Below, in pieces: positions 44,080-55,277 of a stretch of DNA of 64,000 nt. The DNA lies in the NCBI GenBank assembly GCA_963825865.1, contig CAWGVG010000006.1, positions 25,001 to 89,000 of the forward strand, given 5' to 3'. Position 1 is the stretch's first letter; each line of letters begins with the position of its first letter. The notes beneath the pieces are model-generated. The model was not told the DNA's origin. It did not search any database and worked only from the letters and a program-made list of their open reading frames with translations. Both the position numbers and the translations under genes were made by a program. The DNA is from an uncultured Nitrososphaeraceae archaeon (lineage in GTDB: Archaea > Thermoproteota > Nitrososphaeria > Nitrososphaerales > Nitrososphaeraceae).

Positions 44080-45408
44080 ATGATTTCCAGCAACCTAATA
44101 AAAAATGCACCAATAAGCTCTAGCCAAAATGCACCATTAGATCTATTGGGACAATGTAGCGGCAGCGGCAACAGGGTGAAAAGGCGTTACACCAGAGCAC
44201 ATCATATCCAGAATCTAGCTATCAGCCATTATAACAAGAATGGCAAACCCATAACCTATGCAGATTTACTATCAAGCGGCATTGCACATAGTAAGAAACA
44301 AGCTCAAGATACACTCAAACGTAGTCTTCATAGAGATATTGTTTTTACTGTAGAGAAACACAAACCGCAGAAATACTATCCTACATGCCTTAAGTCTGAA
44401 ATTTTGAAAAGGAAACTAGCAAAGAATGCACCAGTAAAGGTCACAGGGGTAGGGTTCTCTGACGAACCTCATTTTTCGGTTAAAACTAATAATGATAGGA
44501 CAACAACTAGCAACGGATGCAATGAATCCATAGTAGCCAATCAGTCATTGGAAGGTTATGTCCTGCCATTGCTGCCTTCGGCGCCATTGCATATACACAA
44601 AATCCAATTCAAGCTAAAGATTATACCAGACTGCTATGCTGAACTTGGTAATCTTTCCATAGATAGTAGGAACAAGGGAAAAGAGCATGTTGAAGTTATA
44701 GGCAAAGTCAGAGTCTCTTATCGCTTCTACCCAAATGGCACAATTCTAGTTTTTACCGAGAGTAGCAACAATCCATTCAAGCTTGAAGATGAAATAGACC
44801 GTACCAGCATTATTGCATTCTTTGGTCAAGTACGTGATAGACTTGTTACTTTTCTTGCAGATACACATGAAAGGATAATACCGGGAATATTAGAATGGGA
44901 GCTAACGCAGTGTGATATAAATAAGGATATCACGATCGGTGAAGCTCTTCAGTATACAGGGCTAAAGGTGCAGGTTAAGCATTTTGACCGCCTGTTTAGA
45001 GTCTACATAAAATCCATTGGTAAGGACACAGCTTGCAGGGTAGAAGAATCGCTCAATCCAATGAAGCCTGCTGTTCAAGTAATAAGTGAAATTTTTGCTA
45101 ATCCAAATGATAGAGAACATCTGCAGCGGCAGCAGTCTTCTTCTGATGGTAGTAGTAGAAGGAAAATCGATGAAATTCATGATATGGTGAAGGGCCTTCT
45201 TAAGCTGCATAAGCTCGAATCCAGCCATTGGAGAAGAACTACTAGAAGGAGGGGGGTCGTAATTTTATGTCAGAAAACAGCCATGCCTCCAAATCGTAAT
45301 CAAAATATAATCCCCATCTTCCTTTCTCATAGAACAAGAGCAAGAACAAGTTTTTTCCTCAGAGAAGGCTGTAATGGATTTTATCACTTTAAGAGGGATT
45401 CAGACTAG
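44080..45408 (+). CDS. wHTH + Rep_trans-like replication initiator/relaxase (putative)
   Basis: N-terminal wHTH-like region; LTQCDINKD, LFRVYIK, CRVEE resemble Rep_trans motifs; 3' end probably extended by a frameshift. Confidence 0.55.
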   Translation: MISSNLIKNAPISSSQNAPLDLLGQCSGSGNRVKRRYTRAHHIQNLAISHYNKNGKPITYADLLSSGIAHSKKQAQDTLKRSLHRDIVFTVEKHKPQKYYPTCLKSEILKRKLAKNAPVKVTGVGFSDEPHFSVKTNNDRTTTSNGCNESIVANQSLEGYVLPLLPSAPLHIHKIQFKLKIIPDCYAELGNLSIDSRNKGKEHVEVIGKVRVSYRFYPNGTILVFTESSNNPFKLEDEIDRTSIIAFFGQVRDRLVTFLADTHERIIPGILEWELTQCDINKDITIGEALQYTGLKVQVKHFDRLFRVYIKSIGKDTACRVEESLNPMKPAVQVISEIFANPNDREHLQRQQSSSDGSSRRKIDEIHDMVKGLLKLHKLESSHWRRTTRRRGVVILCQKTAMPPNRNQNIIPIFLSHRTRARTSFFLREGCNGFYHFKRDSD

Positions 45409-47414
45409 AACAGGAGTAGATGAGAAGCATTTACCTTTATTTGTATTAAAGGAAATGATGGACAATGCTTTAGACCATGTGGAGAAATCAGGCGGTGGCA
45501 ATACTACTACCACTCAGCAGCAACCTAAAGTCACCGTAGCCATAACTCTTGAAGAAAATTCTCTACTCCATATCAGAGTATCTAATTCTAACCATTCAAA
45601 CAAAGGCGTATTTACAGAAGGTAATGTAATGAAAATATTTAGCTATACTAGTTCTATGAAGGAGCAAGCGGAACCAATTCAAAATCACAAGGGGTGCGCT
45701 TGGAGATGCCTTCAAGGAATTATTATCTATACCTTATGCACTTGCGATAGAAGGGCTTGGATTTGACAAATGGGAAAAACCATTAATCATTAGGGATAGT
45801 GCTAGTAGAAAAGAATTCATCGTCAAGCTTAAGGTCGATAAAGCAAACCAGGGGATTGAACCCATATTTGCTGTTGAGGATTTGTCATCCGATAACAAGT
45901 GGTATTATCTATCATCCTTATATAAAACAGACAAGATACACGAAATACAAGTTGATCTTTTCTTGCCTTTTGATTCGCGTGGCGCCGCCGAATCTATGAT
46001 TAGAAAATTTAAAGACCTACTAAATCAGTATTTGTATAATACACATGTTGTCTTTAATTTCAGGATTGATGATCCCGCTAATCGAAACATCTGGATGAAC
46101 CTTGAAACACAGCAGGCACAGAAAATTGTTACCAATACCAAGAAAAATAATAATAAACTTCAACAGCAAGAACGACAACAGCAGCAACTTACGAGCATTC
46201 ACTACTATACATTTACTGAATTTGAAAATCTACTATATGGCCTTGAAGACAATAACGCATATGCGTATGATAAACTATATCGAGTATTCAGAGAATGCAC
46301 AAACCTAAAGAAGACAAACGAATTAAAGTCCCTTACAGTTGGAGAATTAAAGAATGCAGATAAAGATACAAAATTAAGATTGTTTAGAAGTTTAAGAAAT
46401 GCCCTTCCACCTAAGGAGAAATTAGACCTACCGCTCGGAGTTAGCAGTAAATCCAAAGATAGGAAAGCAGCAATCAGAAAACGAATTGAACATATGGGAT
46501 ACTCAGTTATTAATTTCAACTACAAATGTACAGAAGGACATGCAAAGTATACTTCTCAAGACCTCAAGGGTGACAAGACATCAGTAGCGAGAGCAATTCC
46601 TGCTACTACTGCCAATGAAAATTTTGATAATACAGTGCAATTTCCATTCTTGTTTGAAGCAGCAATCGCTACAGTAGTTGGAAACTTCAACAGAAAGGTG
46701 TATCAGCTAATCAACAACTCACCTAGATACAATACCACAGTATTCAAAGTAGATTTGGGAGAGAATATGTTTAGCTGGCTTAACAAACAGGGCAGCATTC
46801 AATATGGATATTCAATCGAAAATATTCTTGACAAATACGGGTATACGGGAAATCACGATCCTAAGAAACCAAGATCTAGGAAACCTAACAGCATAATTAT
46901 GGTTAATCTGATTTCTCCAAAACTAGAGTATAAAGACTATGGCAAGACTTCTATTAATTTGGAGCCTTTCAGAGACGCAATAGGCGAGACACTATACAAG
47001 GTATGTAGTGGTGGTGGTGGCCGCTCTGGCGACGACAGGCCATCAAAGGTTTCTGTTGTATTAGAAATCATGACTGAAAGGAAACAGAAATGGTATTCAC
47101 TAGACACAGCATCGGAAAGGCAAAAATATCTATGGACCCAAAGTGATGGATTTTACGCCAGTCGCAAGCGATTGATCGAATATGGTTATACAAACGATGA
47201 AATCGATAGAGAATACATAACGGGATTGATCAAAGATATCTGCGAGAACAAATTAGATGTAAAGTGTGAAGACATAGGAATTATCGCAGCAGATAGGGCG
47301 CAGCTTTACTTTAAAGGGAAGTGGATGGATGTTGGCCTTAAAGAAATCAGAGAATTAAGTCTCTATGGAATCGACCTGCTAATTATAGAAAAAGAAGGTA
47401 TTGCAGAACAACTA
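45374..47414 (+). pseudogene. Fused Topo VI B-A (Topo VIII-like) topoisomerase, N-terminal part, cut by IS630
   Basis: LKEMMDNALD (N box), frameshift near 45655, SKRNQFKITRGALGDAFK (G2 box), NLISPKLEYKDYGKTS (transducer), WTQSDGFY, LIIEKEG. Confidence 0.85.
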
Positions 47415-48576
47415 AGTGAAGTGTCTGAATTTATGTCGTTATTTGTTCATTACATAACCTAGATTTGGAAATAGTTAAAGCTTAGTAAATGAGATATTTT
47501 CATTCTGTGAATCATCCTTTCAAACTCAAACTTACCATAGGACAGAGGAACAAATTAAAGTCATTTATGAAGAATACGGGTAACAAAAAAGAATACCGCA
47601 GGCTACTGGCTATACTCCAAAAAGCTGAAGGTAGAACTTACGAAGACATAGCAAATGAACACGGAGTCAGCAGCAGGTCTGTACCAGAGATGGGTTGCTC
47701 CTATATCCAAAGTGGGATAGATAGAATAAAGATGAAGAAACCTGGCGGAACAAAATCTGGCATAACAGATGAAAACAGAGAGATTATTCTATCAGCATTA
47801 TTTAACGACCCGCACATCTTTGGTTATCTTAGAAATACATGGAGTCTGAGATCACTTGCAAACTGTCTGACAAATGAGCTAGGAATCCCAATCAGCTTCA
47901 AGCACCTGCAGAGAATAACAAAAGATTTAGGAGTTAGGTGCAAAAGGCCAAAACTGGAATTGCTACATGGAGGAGAGGATTATGAAGAGGGAAAAGAGAA
48001 AGTGCAAAACTACAAACAGATAGCTTCAGCTCTGAAAAAAAGGGAGTTGTAGTAGCATTTGAAGATGAGACTATTATAACACAGAAACCTTGTATTCGAA
48101 AATCCATGAGTTTTGAAGGTGAGCAACAAAGGATAGAACATACTGGTAGTAGAAAGAAGTTCTCTGCATACATATCCATGGTATGGCCTGAAGAGAAATT
48201 AATGACGTATGATTTCTATGATAAAATGGATTCTACGAATACTATCGACCATCTAGAGAATCTCAAGACAAACATTATGAAAAATGATTGGTGGAAAAGA
48301 CTGGTACTCATATGGGATAACGCTTCATATCATGTAAGCCTAATGGTACGGAATTATATCAATGCACAGAAAGAAGACTGGGCTGACCATAATCCACCTT
48401 CCAAAGAAAGCACCATACCTAAATCCGAATGAAAGGAAAGTAAACCAGCAAATAAAGTCAGATGTATGTGCGAATAGATTCTATGAACATATGGAAGACC
48501 AGAAAGCTGCAGTATCAGAATATTTGGACAAACGATTTGGAAGATGGTATGACGACATTAGTTATGACACTTGACT
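47415..48576 (+). mobile_element. IS630-family element B, copy 2 (direct repeat of 2798-3958)
   Basis: Near-identical sequence, same TIRs, TA flanks, a few indels. Confidence 0.95.
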
Positions 48577-48578
48577 TA

Positions 48579-49372
48579 TCAGAAGAAATATCTACTGGGA
48601 TAAGAAGAGAATTGTCAAAAAATCAATCAGGATGGATGGCTAAAGAAGTCATGAATTTGATATACGAAAGAACAGGAGTCAAATATCATGAGGTTCACAT
48701 TTACAGACTATTACACAAATGGGGTTTCAGTCCTAAAGTACCAAGAATGAGATTTGTTAATGCTGCATCAAAGGAAGACAAAGGCAAATTTCGAAAAAAG
48801 CTAAAAGGATAATCTCGCATATACCTAAAGGATTCACTGTTGCTGTTGCTGCTGATGAATCCATCTTTACACACGATTCTTTGATTCGGAGGAAGATGTG
48901 GACTGTAGATAGAATAAGACCAATTGTAACAATGACTGGATCACATCAAAGGACTTGTGTATTTGGTGCCCTATGTATAGACGGTAGACAATTCTTCCGA
49001 CAATATGATAGCTTTAACCAATACACTTTTCTGGATTATATCAAACGTATGCAAAAGAGATTTGGCCGACTGATATTGTTTATCGATAGAGCACGTCAAC
49101 ATCATCGCTCCAAGATGGTAAGAAAGTACATTAAAGACAGAAGAGATGTATTAAAAGTGATATACTTTCCAAAAAAAAGGTTCGTCTGAATTTAATGCTG
49201 TTGAAGAATGCTGGAGACAGGGAAAATATGATCTGCTAGTATCGAAATACTATCCTAGATTTGAAAATCTAACATATGCCATAGCTAACTACTATAGAAC
49301 AAAGCGTTTCAAACTACACATAGTCAAATACCTATCGAGGGACATGAGTTAGCGAATTAATGTTAGTTGGTA
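48579..49372 (+). mobile_element. IS630-family element A, right part
   Basis: SEEISTGIRRELS..W..KEV...GVKYH...RLLHKWGFSPKVP continues orf 2564; ADES, FIDRA, EFNAVEE; end ATGTTAGTTGGTA|TA. Confidence 0.85.
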
Positions 49373-49688
49373 TAGTATGTCTATGATGGAAGAAATTGGA
49401 CATAAAAGTTTTGGTGGAATTGCAATAAGTGGAACATTTACTATGGCCAATTCAGCACGTTCTTTTGGTCCGGCCTTAATATTTTGTAATTTATCGTATA
49501 ACTGGATTTAGTGGATTGCACCCATAATAGATTCGTATTTGCTAGTTCTTTCTTTCAGAGTAATAGCAGTAGTCAACTAGTTGACTTCTAGTAGTAGTAG
49601 TCAATGAAATAAAGTAGATGAGGCGAGAGAAATAGTACAAGCAGCAATTCCTAGCTGCAATGGAGTACATCAATTTTAGAAAGAATAA

Positions 49689-50672
49689 TCATCTTGAAGA
49701 AATTATTTGAAGATCCTTTTGCTGAACTAGTAAAGTTTTGTAGCTGGATTTTTTATTATAGTTATAATTTTTTACCTTGACATCTAGTAATGACGGTTTA
49801 GTTTTAGACCTTGTAATTTCAATATGTTTGTCAAACCTTGGAAGAAGAACCTTGTTATACACAGCTGAATAGTTGTTATTTGATGACACCAAATATAATA
49901 CATCATCATTATTATTATTATTATTACCTGATACTTTTCTTCTTTTAATTACATTGATGATTTCTTTTATAATATGCTCTGCTTCTTTGATTAGAATTTG
50001 TGGATCGCGTAAGAACATATCAAGCAGATCAGAAATCACTATAATCTTTGGATCGTATTGCTGGATGACTTTAGGTAATTTGTATAAGATTGTATTGGCT
50101 AGTTGGTATATGTTAAAGGATCTACTTACGATCATACTTTGTAAAATCTTCTTAATATCCAACCCATACTGCCTTGCAAAATTCACATACTGATAAACAT
50201 CGACACTATTTCCAGAATCAACAAATATAATATTCTGACAATCAGAACCACCTTGTCTTTTTGACATTAAAGCACGAACACATAGTCTTGCAATTAATGT
50301 ATGGGTATAGTAATTTTCACCAATAATACATAACCTTTCACCTGCTGTAAGAGAAAGAATAGAATCTATCTTTTCAATATCAAAGGTTAACCTACTGCTA
50401 ATTTGTTCATAAGCGGTTTGAAATTTTGGTAGCAATAATGATGATGGATCCATGTTTTGTACTCTGTTCAATTGTTGCGATTGCAGTTCCACATTTAACT
50501 CCCATTCTTTTTTCAAAGTCTTTGCAAGTAGAGAACCACAATTTGGACATTCTTCCTCTAAGTTACATATCTTTAGATTGATATTGCTCGTTTCTTTTGT
50601 TTCTTTTAATAATGTACCACAGTTTGAACAAAAATATTTTAAAAGCTGACTGCTGAGCCGCATAGGGAACAA
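49689..50672 (-). CDS. Zn-ribbon + inactivated RadA/RecA-like protein
   Basis: CSNC/CPNC; LTFDIEKIDSIL, no Walker A Lys, FVDSGN..D.Y...FARQYG, VSRSFNIYQL. Confidence 0.75.
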   Translation of the reverse strand: MFPMRLSSQLLKYFCSNCGTLLKETKETSNINLKICNLEEECPNCGSLLAKTLKKEWELNVELQSQQLNRVQNMDPSSLLLPKFQTAYEQISSRLTFDIEKIDSILSLTAGERLCIIGENYYTHTLIARLCVRALMSKRQGGSDCQNIIFVDSGNSVDVYQYVNFARQYGLDIKKILQSMIVSRSFNIYQLANTILYKLPKVIQQYDPKIIVISDLLDMFLRDPQILIKEAEHIIKEIINVIKRRKVSGNNNNNNDDVLYLVSSNNNYSAVYNKVLLPRFDKHIEITRSKTKPSLLDVKVKNYNYNKKSSYKTLLVQQKDLQIISSR

Positions 50673-51238
50673 GATTTGGACCGTATTGTACTTAATAAAT
50701 ATAGTATATTACGGTCGTCATATTAATTATCAATAATAACCACAATGGTATGTTAGAATGAGTCAACTCATTATCTAGTTAGTAAACAACATAGACAAGG
50801 AAGAACGATTGTTATTATATCTAGAAGAAAAGAATTATCATATCTTTGAGTATTATAAGAGCTGCTGCCTATTATATCGATCGAAACTATTGTTACTATG
50901 ACAGCTGTCGCAGAAAGTGGTTTCAGAGGACTGCGGGAATAGGATATACAGACACAGCAGTATTTGTGTTAGTCGACATGCCATTGACATTTGTACAATT
51001 CAATCCTTGTGCTATAACTGCGCCATAGGGAGATCCTTTATTCAGATCCGAGCAATTCGATGGCTAATCAATAGGTATGTAATTCGATGGCTGAGTTTCC
51101 TATACTTACATATTTAATGGCCCTTCTGCTGATAGTTACTTTTACTTCGCTAATTCTGTTAATAATACAAGAAATAGCATTAATGCACCATTTTTGAGGA
51201 ATTTTTATCTGTAATGTTTTATAGTTCATTGTTCTATA

Positions 51239-51460
51239 GTGTATTACATGGTTCGAATAAATGAAGTAAAAAGTGACAGCATTCTTAGAGAATTCAAAAA
51301 TGATATTAGAATACACGAACACGACTTTATTTCAATAAGAGGCAAAGAAGAAAAATCAATCATTTGTTTAACATGTGGTTCGCTTTATTGCGAAAAGTGT
51401 GGTAAATTATTAGTAACAACGCATGATAAAAAATATATGCAGCATACTATCTATAACTAG
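51239..51460 (+). CDS. Small Zn-finger protein
   Basis: HEHDF...ICLTCGSLYCEKCGK. Confidence 0.65.
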   Translation: MYYMVRINEVKSDSILREFKNDIRIHEHDFISIRGKEEKSIICLTCGSLYCEKCGKLLVTTHDKKYMQHTIYN

Positions 51461-51679
51461 TAGTAAAGATCAGTCAATACTATTCAGTCATTATCATGAT
51501 CCACCTTCAGTATTTGCAAAAGGCTGCCAAAAAGTAATAGATTACACACTATATTCGACAATACAGCAGCAATCAAAATCAAAATAACAGGCCATCGTTA
51601 CCGCAGTTGAAAAATCGAATAATATTGCAACAAATACTGAAAATATTGCAATACAAAGAGAGAGTGAAGAGGCTACTCC

Positions 51680-51850
51680 TTCTTAGGAGCCGTCACAGCT
51701 GTCACAGCCATCATCTTCTCCTACTATTGGTATAAGCAAAACAATCTATCGTCTCGGACGTTATGATACATGGGGATTGTAATAGCTGCAGACAAAAAGT
51801 AGACAAATGGTTTATGCGACAGCATCTTTGTGGTGGTTGTCTAAGATGAC
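51680..51850 (+). pseudogene. Remnant of a replication-protein C-terminal Zn finger
   Basis: GTCACAGC repeats, then IYRLGRYDTW/CNSCRQKVDKWFMRQHLC. Confidence 0.45.
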
Positions 51851-52189
51851 TTTGAATACATTATCTAGCATCATTAGAAAAGTTTACGGGTTAACGCAAG
51901 CCATATAGTTAGCTTTTTTAAAACAAAAACATAACACTGTTTGGATTGTATTGATTGAATTGGCTTCTGTAAGTCATTGAATGACAGGATGTTGATAATA
52001 CAATTGCAGGGTTAAGGGATAGTACTCATTTAATAGTGTTAGTAGTATTACCACCAAAGAAATTGACAAGCTGCATCAAGCAAACGAGGCTATCCAATGA
52101 CTAATGAATCATTTTCTGCAATTGTTCAAGATATGAGATTATAGTAATGTCCTAACAGATGATAGTGTAAGTTATGTTGGTGGAGATAT

Positions 52190-52630
52190 TTATCTAAGCT
52201 GCTCTCTTTGACTTATTTTTATTGTCCTTTCTTTAGCTAATATTATTGCAGTTATTGCTATGTAAGCGACTTGTGCTAATTCACATGTCATAGCTATTAT
52301 ATCCACATTTCCACCTCTTCCCGTAACAGGGTTACCAGGGAAGAGTGTTATCATATATAGTATTATGAAACCTACATTTCCTGCAATTCCTACATAATAC
52401 CATAGCTTTCCCCATCTCTTTAGCATAGGTAGCATCCAAAATATTTGTGCAATTCCAGATCCTAGAAAGAATGTTGCGATTGCTGGATTTTCAAGCACCC
52501 TGGGAAATCCAAGCGGTATATACAGATGTACTATTCCAGCTATTGCAGTAGCAACTGCAGCAGAAATAAAGTAGTATTGGTAGTGTTGAAATGAAGGTTG
52601 TTGTTGATGTCTAATATTATTTTTTGACAT
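52190..52630 (-). CDS. Four-TM membrane protein
   Basis: AIAGIVHL, FFLGSGIAQIFW, WYYVGIAGN. Confidence 0.75.
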   Translation of the reverse strand: MSKNNIRHQQQPSFQHYQYYFISAAVATAIAGIVHLYIPLGFPRVLENPAIATFFLGSGIAQIFWMLPMLKRWGKLWYYVGIAGNVGFIILYMITLFPGNPVTGRGGNVDIIAMTCELAQVAYIAITAIILAKERTIKISQREQLR

Positions 52631-53889
52631 TTTCTATCCCCTACATTCTTACATACTTCACTTTATATTTCATATTGTTGCTCCTCCTTTGGTAGGTGCC
52701 AGCCACATATGTTGTCAGGTCAGGTTAGACAACAACAGTAGGTTTCTCTAAAAAGCTATATCCAGCCAATAATAATAATAATAATATAATGACAGAAATC
52801 AATACACTGTGGCAATATTCAAACAAGGTACGATAACAACTTGCACGGCAACTGATAGATCGTTGGAAGGATCAGAGGTACAGCATTGCGCGAACCTTCT
52901 AATTCAGAAGTTGGAAAAAGATGGAGTTCCAGAATTGCAATTCCACACAGCTTCTTTGTCTTCAATGAAATGAGGATGATAATATAACAATTATCTTGAT
53001 CTTAACAGAGTGCTTTCAAAAAGAGAGATGCTTCGAATATCAAGATCTCCAGAGTACCATGAGGCTGTGCTTGACAGCTTGCTAAAGCTGCAGCTGTATC
53101 TGTAGTGGCAGGCAAATCTAAGGATCAAGTTCATGGAGCTGTAGAGCACTGAGACTAAGAATGATAATGTTACCAAGCCCCATATTTGCTGCAGGAAAGA
53201 ATTCGAGTTAAAGACAAAATCTCCATCTAGCGATATCCAATCTGGTATAGATAAAGAATCTTGGGATCGTGTTGGTCATAATTATCAAAAAGAAAAAATT
53301 TATCGCGGAAATCTGTAGTGAAATTCTTGCTTTAGAAAAAATATCTTTTTAGACTTTATTATGTTTATCCCAAGGAGACACCCATTCAGTTGAATGAGAA
53401 AGACATACAGGAGCTTTTCAAACTCTGATTTTCTATAATAGAATCGAATGTATATCCTAGCTTGCCATTTAGGATTATCCTTGAACACAAAGGGACATTA
53501 GGATGCAAAGGTGATAATGATCTCACCTTAATCTTTAAAAAAGTCATTGAATATTTCTCAGCATTGTGAGAGAAATTTGATGATTATGAGGTCAGTGAAG
53601 ATGAGAAAAATAAACTATTAGTTTTCTTAAGCACTGAAAAAACAGATATAAACCATAGATGGTTGTCTTCATAAGGTCTCTTCCTTAAACAGTTCAAAGA
53701 ATATTTTCCTGATGGTCCACTGTCGCTCTGACTGGGAACGTAAGCTCCTTTTTAGATAGCCAGCTCCTAATAGTTATGTTAAGTCAGCAATAGACAAAAG
53801 TTGACCTTTAGCCAAAGTCTGTGTATACTTTTAGTTCTGCTTGTTTGAACACTAAACTACTCACTCATTTGCCTTTATAATTTTGGAAA

Positions 53890-54456
53890 TTACCAAACTC
53901 TATTTTCTTTACTTTGACTACTATCACAATCACCTACTAAAAAGAATATATCTTGGCAGTTTTCGTTACCATAATGTTGATCTATTCTACCAACCATAGT
54001 TTCATTTGAAGATATGGTCTTACCTGCGTTGTTGCTGCAATCCCCTAATACATACAATATATCTTGGCAGTTTTCGTTGTGATAATGTTGTATACTTTGA
54101 TGTCCTGATGACATTGATATAGTAGAATTGGTCGCAGACAATCGTTTCCATTCCTCGCTATAACCAGCAACATAGCCAGCCTGATATTGGTTGCTACTTT
54201 GATCGACACTAGTATTATAGTGAAGACCATTCAAGCCTGAAAAATCATGGACAGCGGCAATAGATCCATCATTCTTACCAACCTTATAATCTATAGATGT
54301 AGAGTTAATGAGTTTGCCAGTTGTGGCATAAGCTTCATTATATGCAATAATCTTTATTTGTTTCAGACCAAAGGTCACACTTATAGACAAAGCGGTCGCT
54401 GGTAGAATAATGGCAATTAGCATAATTGAAAAGTTTAGGTTTGTAAACCTATACAT
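53890..54456 (-). CDS. Secreted protein with a duplicated Cys motif
   Basis: Signal; HY.NENCQDI...GDC twice. Confidence 0.6.
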   Translation of the reverse strand: MYRFTNLNFSIMLIAIILPATALSISVTFGLKQIKIIAYNEAYATTGKLINSTSIDYKVGKNDGSIAAVHDFSGLNGLHYNTSVDQSSNQYQAGYVAGYSEEWKRLSATNSTISMSSGHQSIQHYHNENCQDILYVLGDCSNNAGKTISSNETMVGRIDQHYGNENCQDIFFLVGDCDSSQSKENRVW

Positions 54457-55115
54457 GCTGTCTATATTACAATCTTAATTTTTTAGTATATCTTACATTT
54501 TCAATATAAAAATACTATGTAAGTAACAATTTGACTAAAAATATGATAAAATGTATTTTATTGAAATTTAATTTGAATCTGATTGTAGGGACTGCGATAA
54601 TAATAGCCTATCTTTGAACCTTAATCGCGTCAAATTTGATTTACATTTCCTTGGAACCCTTAATTACATGGACGCAAACGCTTCCGATGTGAATTATGCT
54701 GTGTATTTGTAAGAAGATGAGGAGTACTACTGCAATCTTTGCTGACTAATCTTATATCTAAAAATAAAAGAATTTTGATTTATATCTAATCCTAATACTA
54801 TTGCTGTAGCTAGGGAATTTCATAAATATGTGAAAAATAATGGCATAGCAGAAAGACGTACAAACAATAATCTAAAAACAATAATTGCTTTGCAAATTTC
54901 TAGATAATTGAAAATTATAATAAGAATTTCTAATAAGATCAATAAAATCACATAAATTTGTGAAAAAATACCGAGGCGCGATTTCCACTGGAGAACTTCA
55001 AAGATTGACAGATGCAAATCTGCGATAAATCATAGAGCTTGAGTTTTAAAATCTGAATTTGAATTACATGGACTGAATTTGTAAAAACTACAATGTATTT
55101 GACTCAGCGAAAAAA

Positions 55116-55277
55116 TTAGTGGCTGTGACCACAGCCGCAACCACCCATACTACTACTACTTTCCTGCTCACGATGGCTATGAGTTTGTTCTGAACATGAT
55201 GGACATGTATTAGTATCTGTTTCAGACATAAACATCGTGCCACAAGAGGCACATTTTATCTTTTGAACTCCTTGCAT
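55116..55277 (-). CDS. Small metal-binding protein
   Basis: KCASCG...CPSC...GGCGCGHSH (53 aa, below the ORF-track cutoff). Confidence 0.7.
   Translation of the reverse strand: MQGVQKIKCASCGTMFMSETDTNTCPSCSEQTHSHREQESSSSMGGCGCGHSH

Noticed and set aside
32958-48600. Programmed frameshifting in prim-pol, topo, integrase and wHTH genes
   Set aside because: Indels are scattered, lack consistent slippery sites and differ between otherwise identical IS copies, so decay or read error is more likely. Only the IS630 A-run shifts look programmed.
1694-52790. Short AAT/CAG/TAG/TTCTA microsatellites
   Set aside because: Ordinary low-complexity tracts scattered throughout this kind of genome.
54752-54790. 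Archaeal dif site (TTATATCTAAA arm)
   Set aside because: No matching inverted arm at 6-bp spacing.
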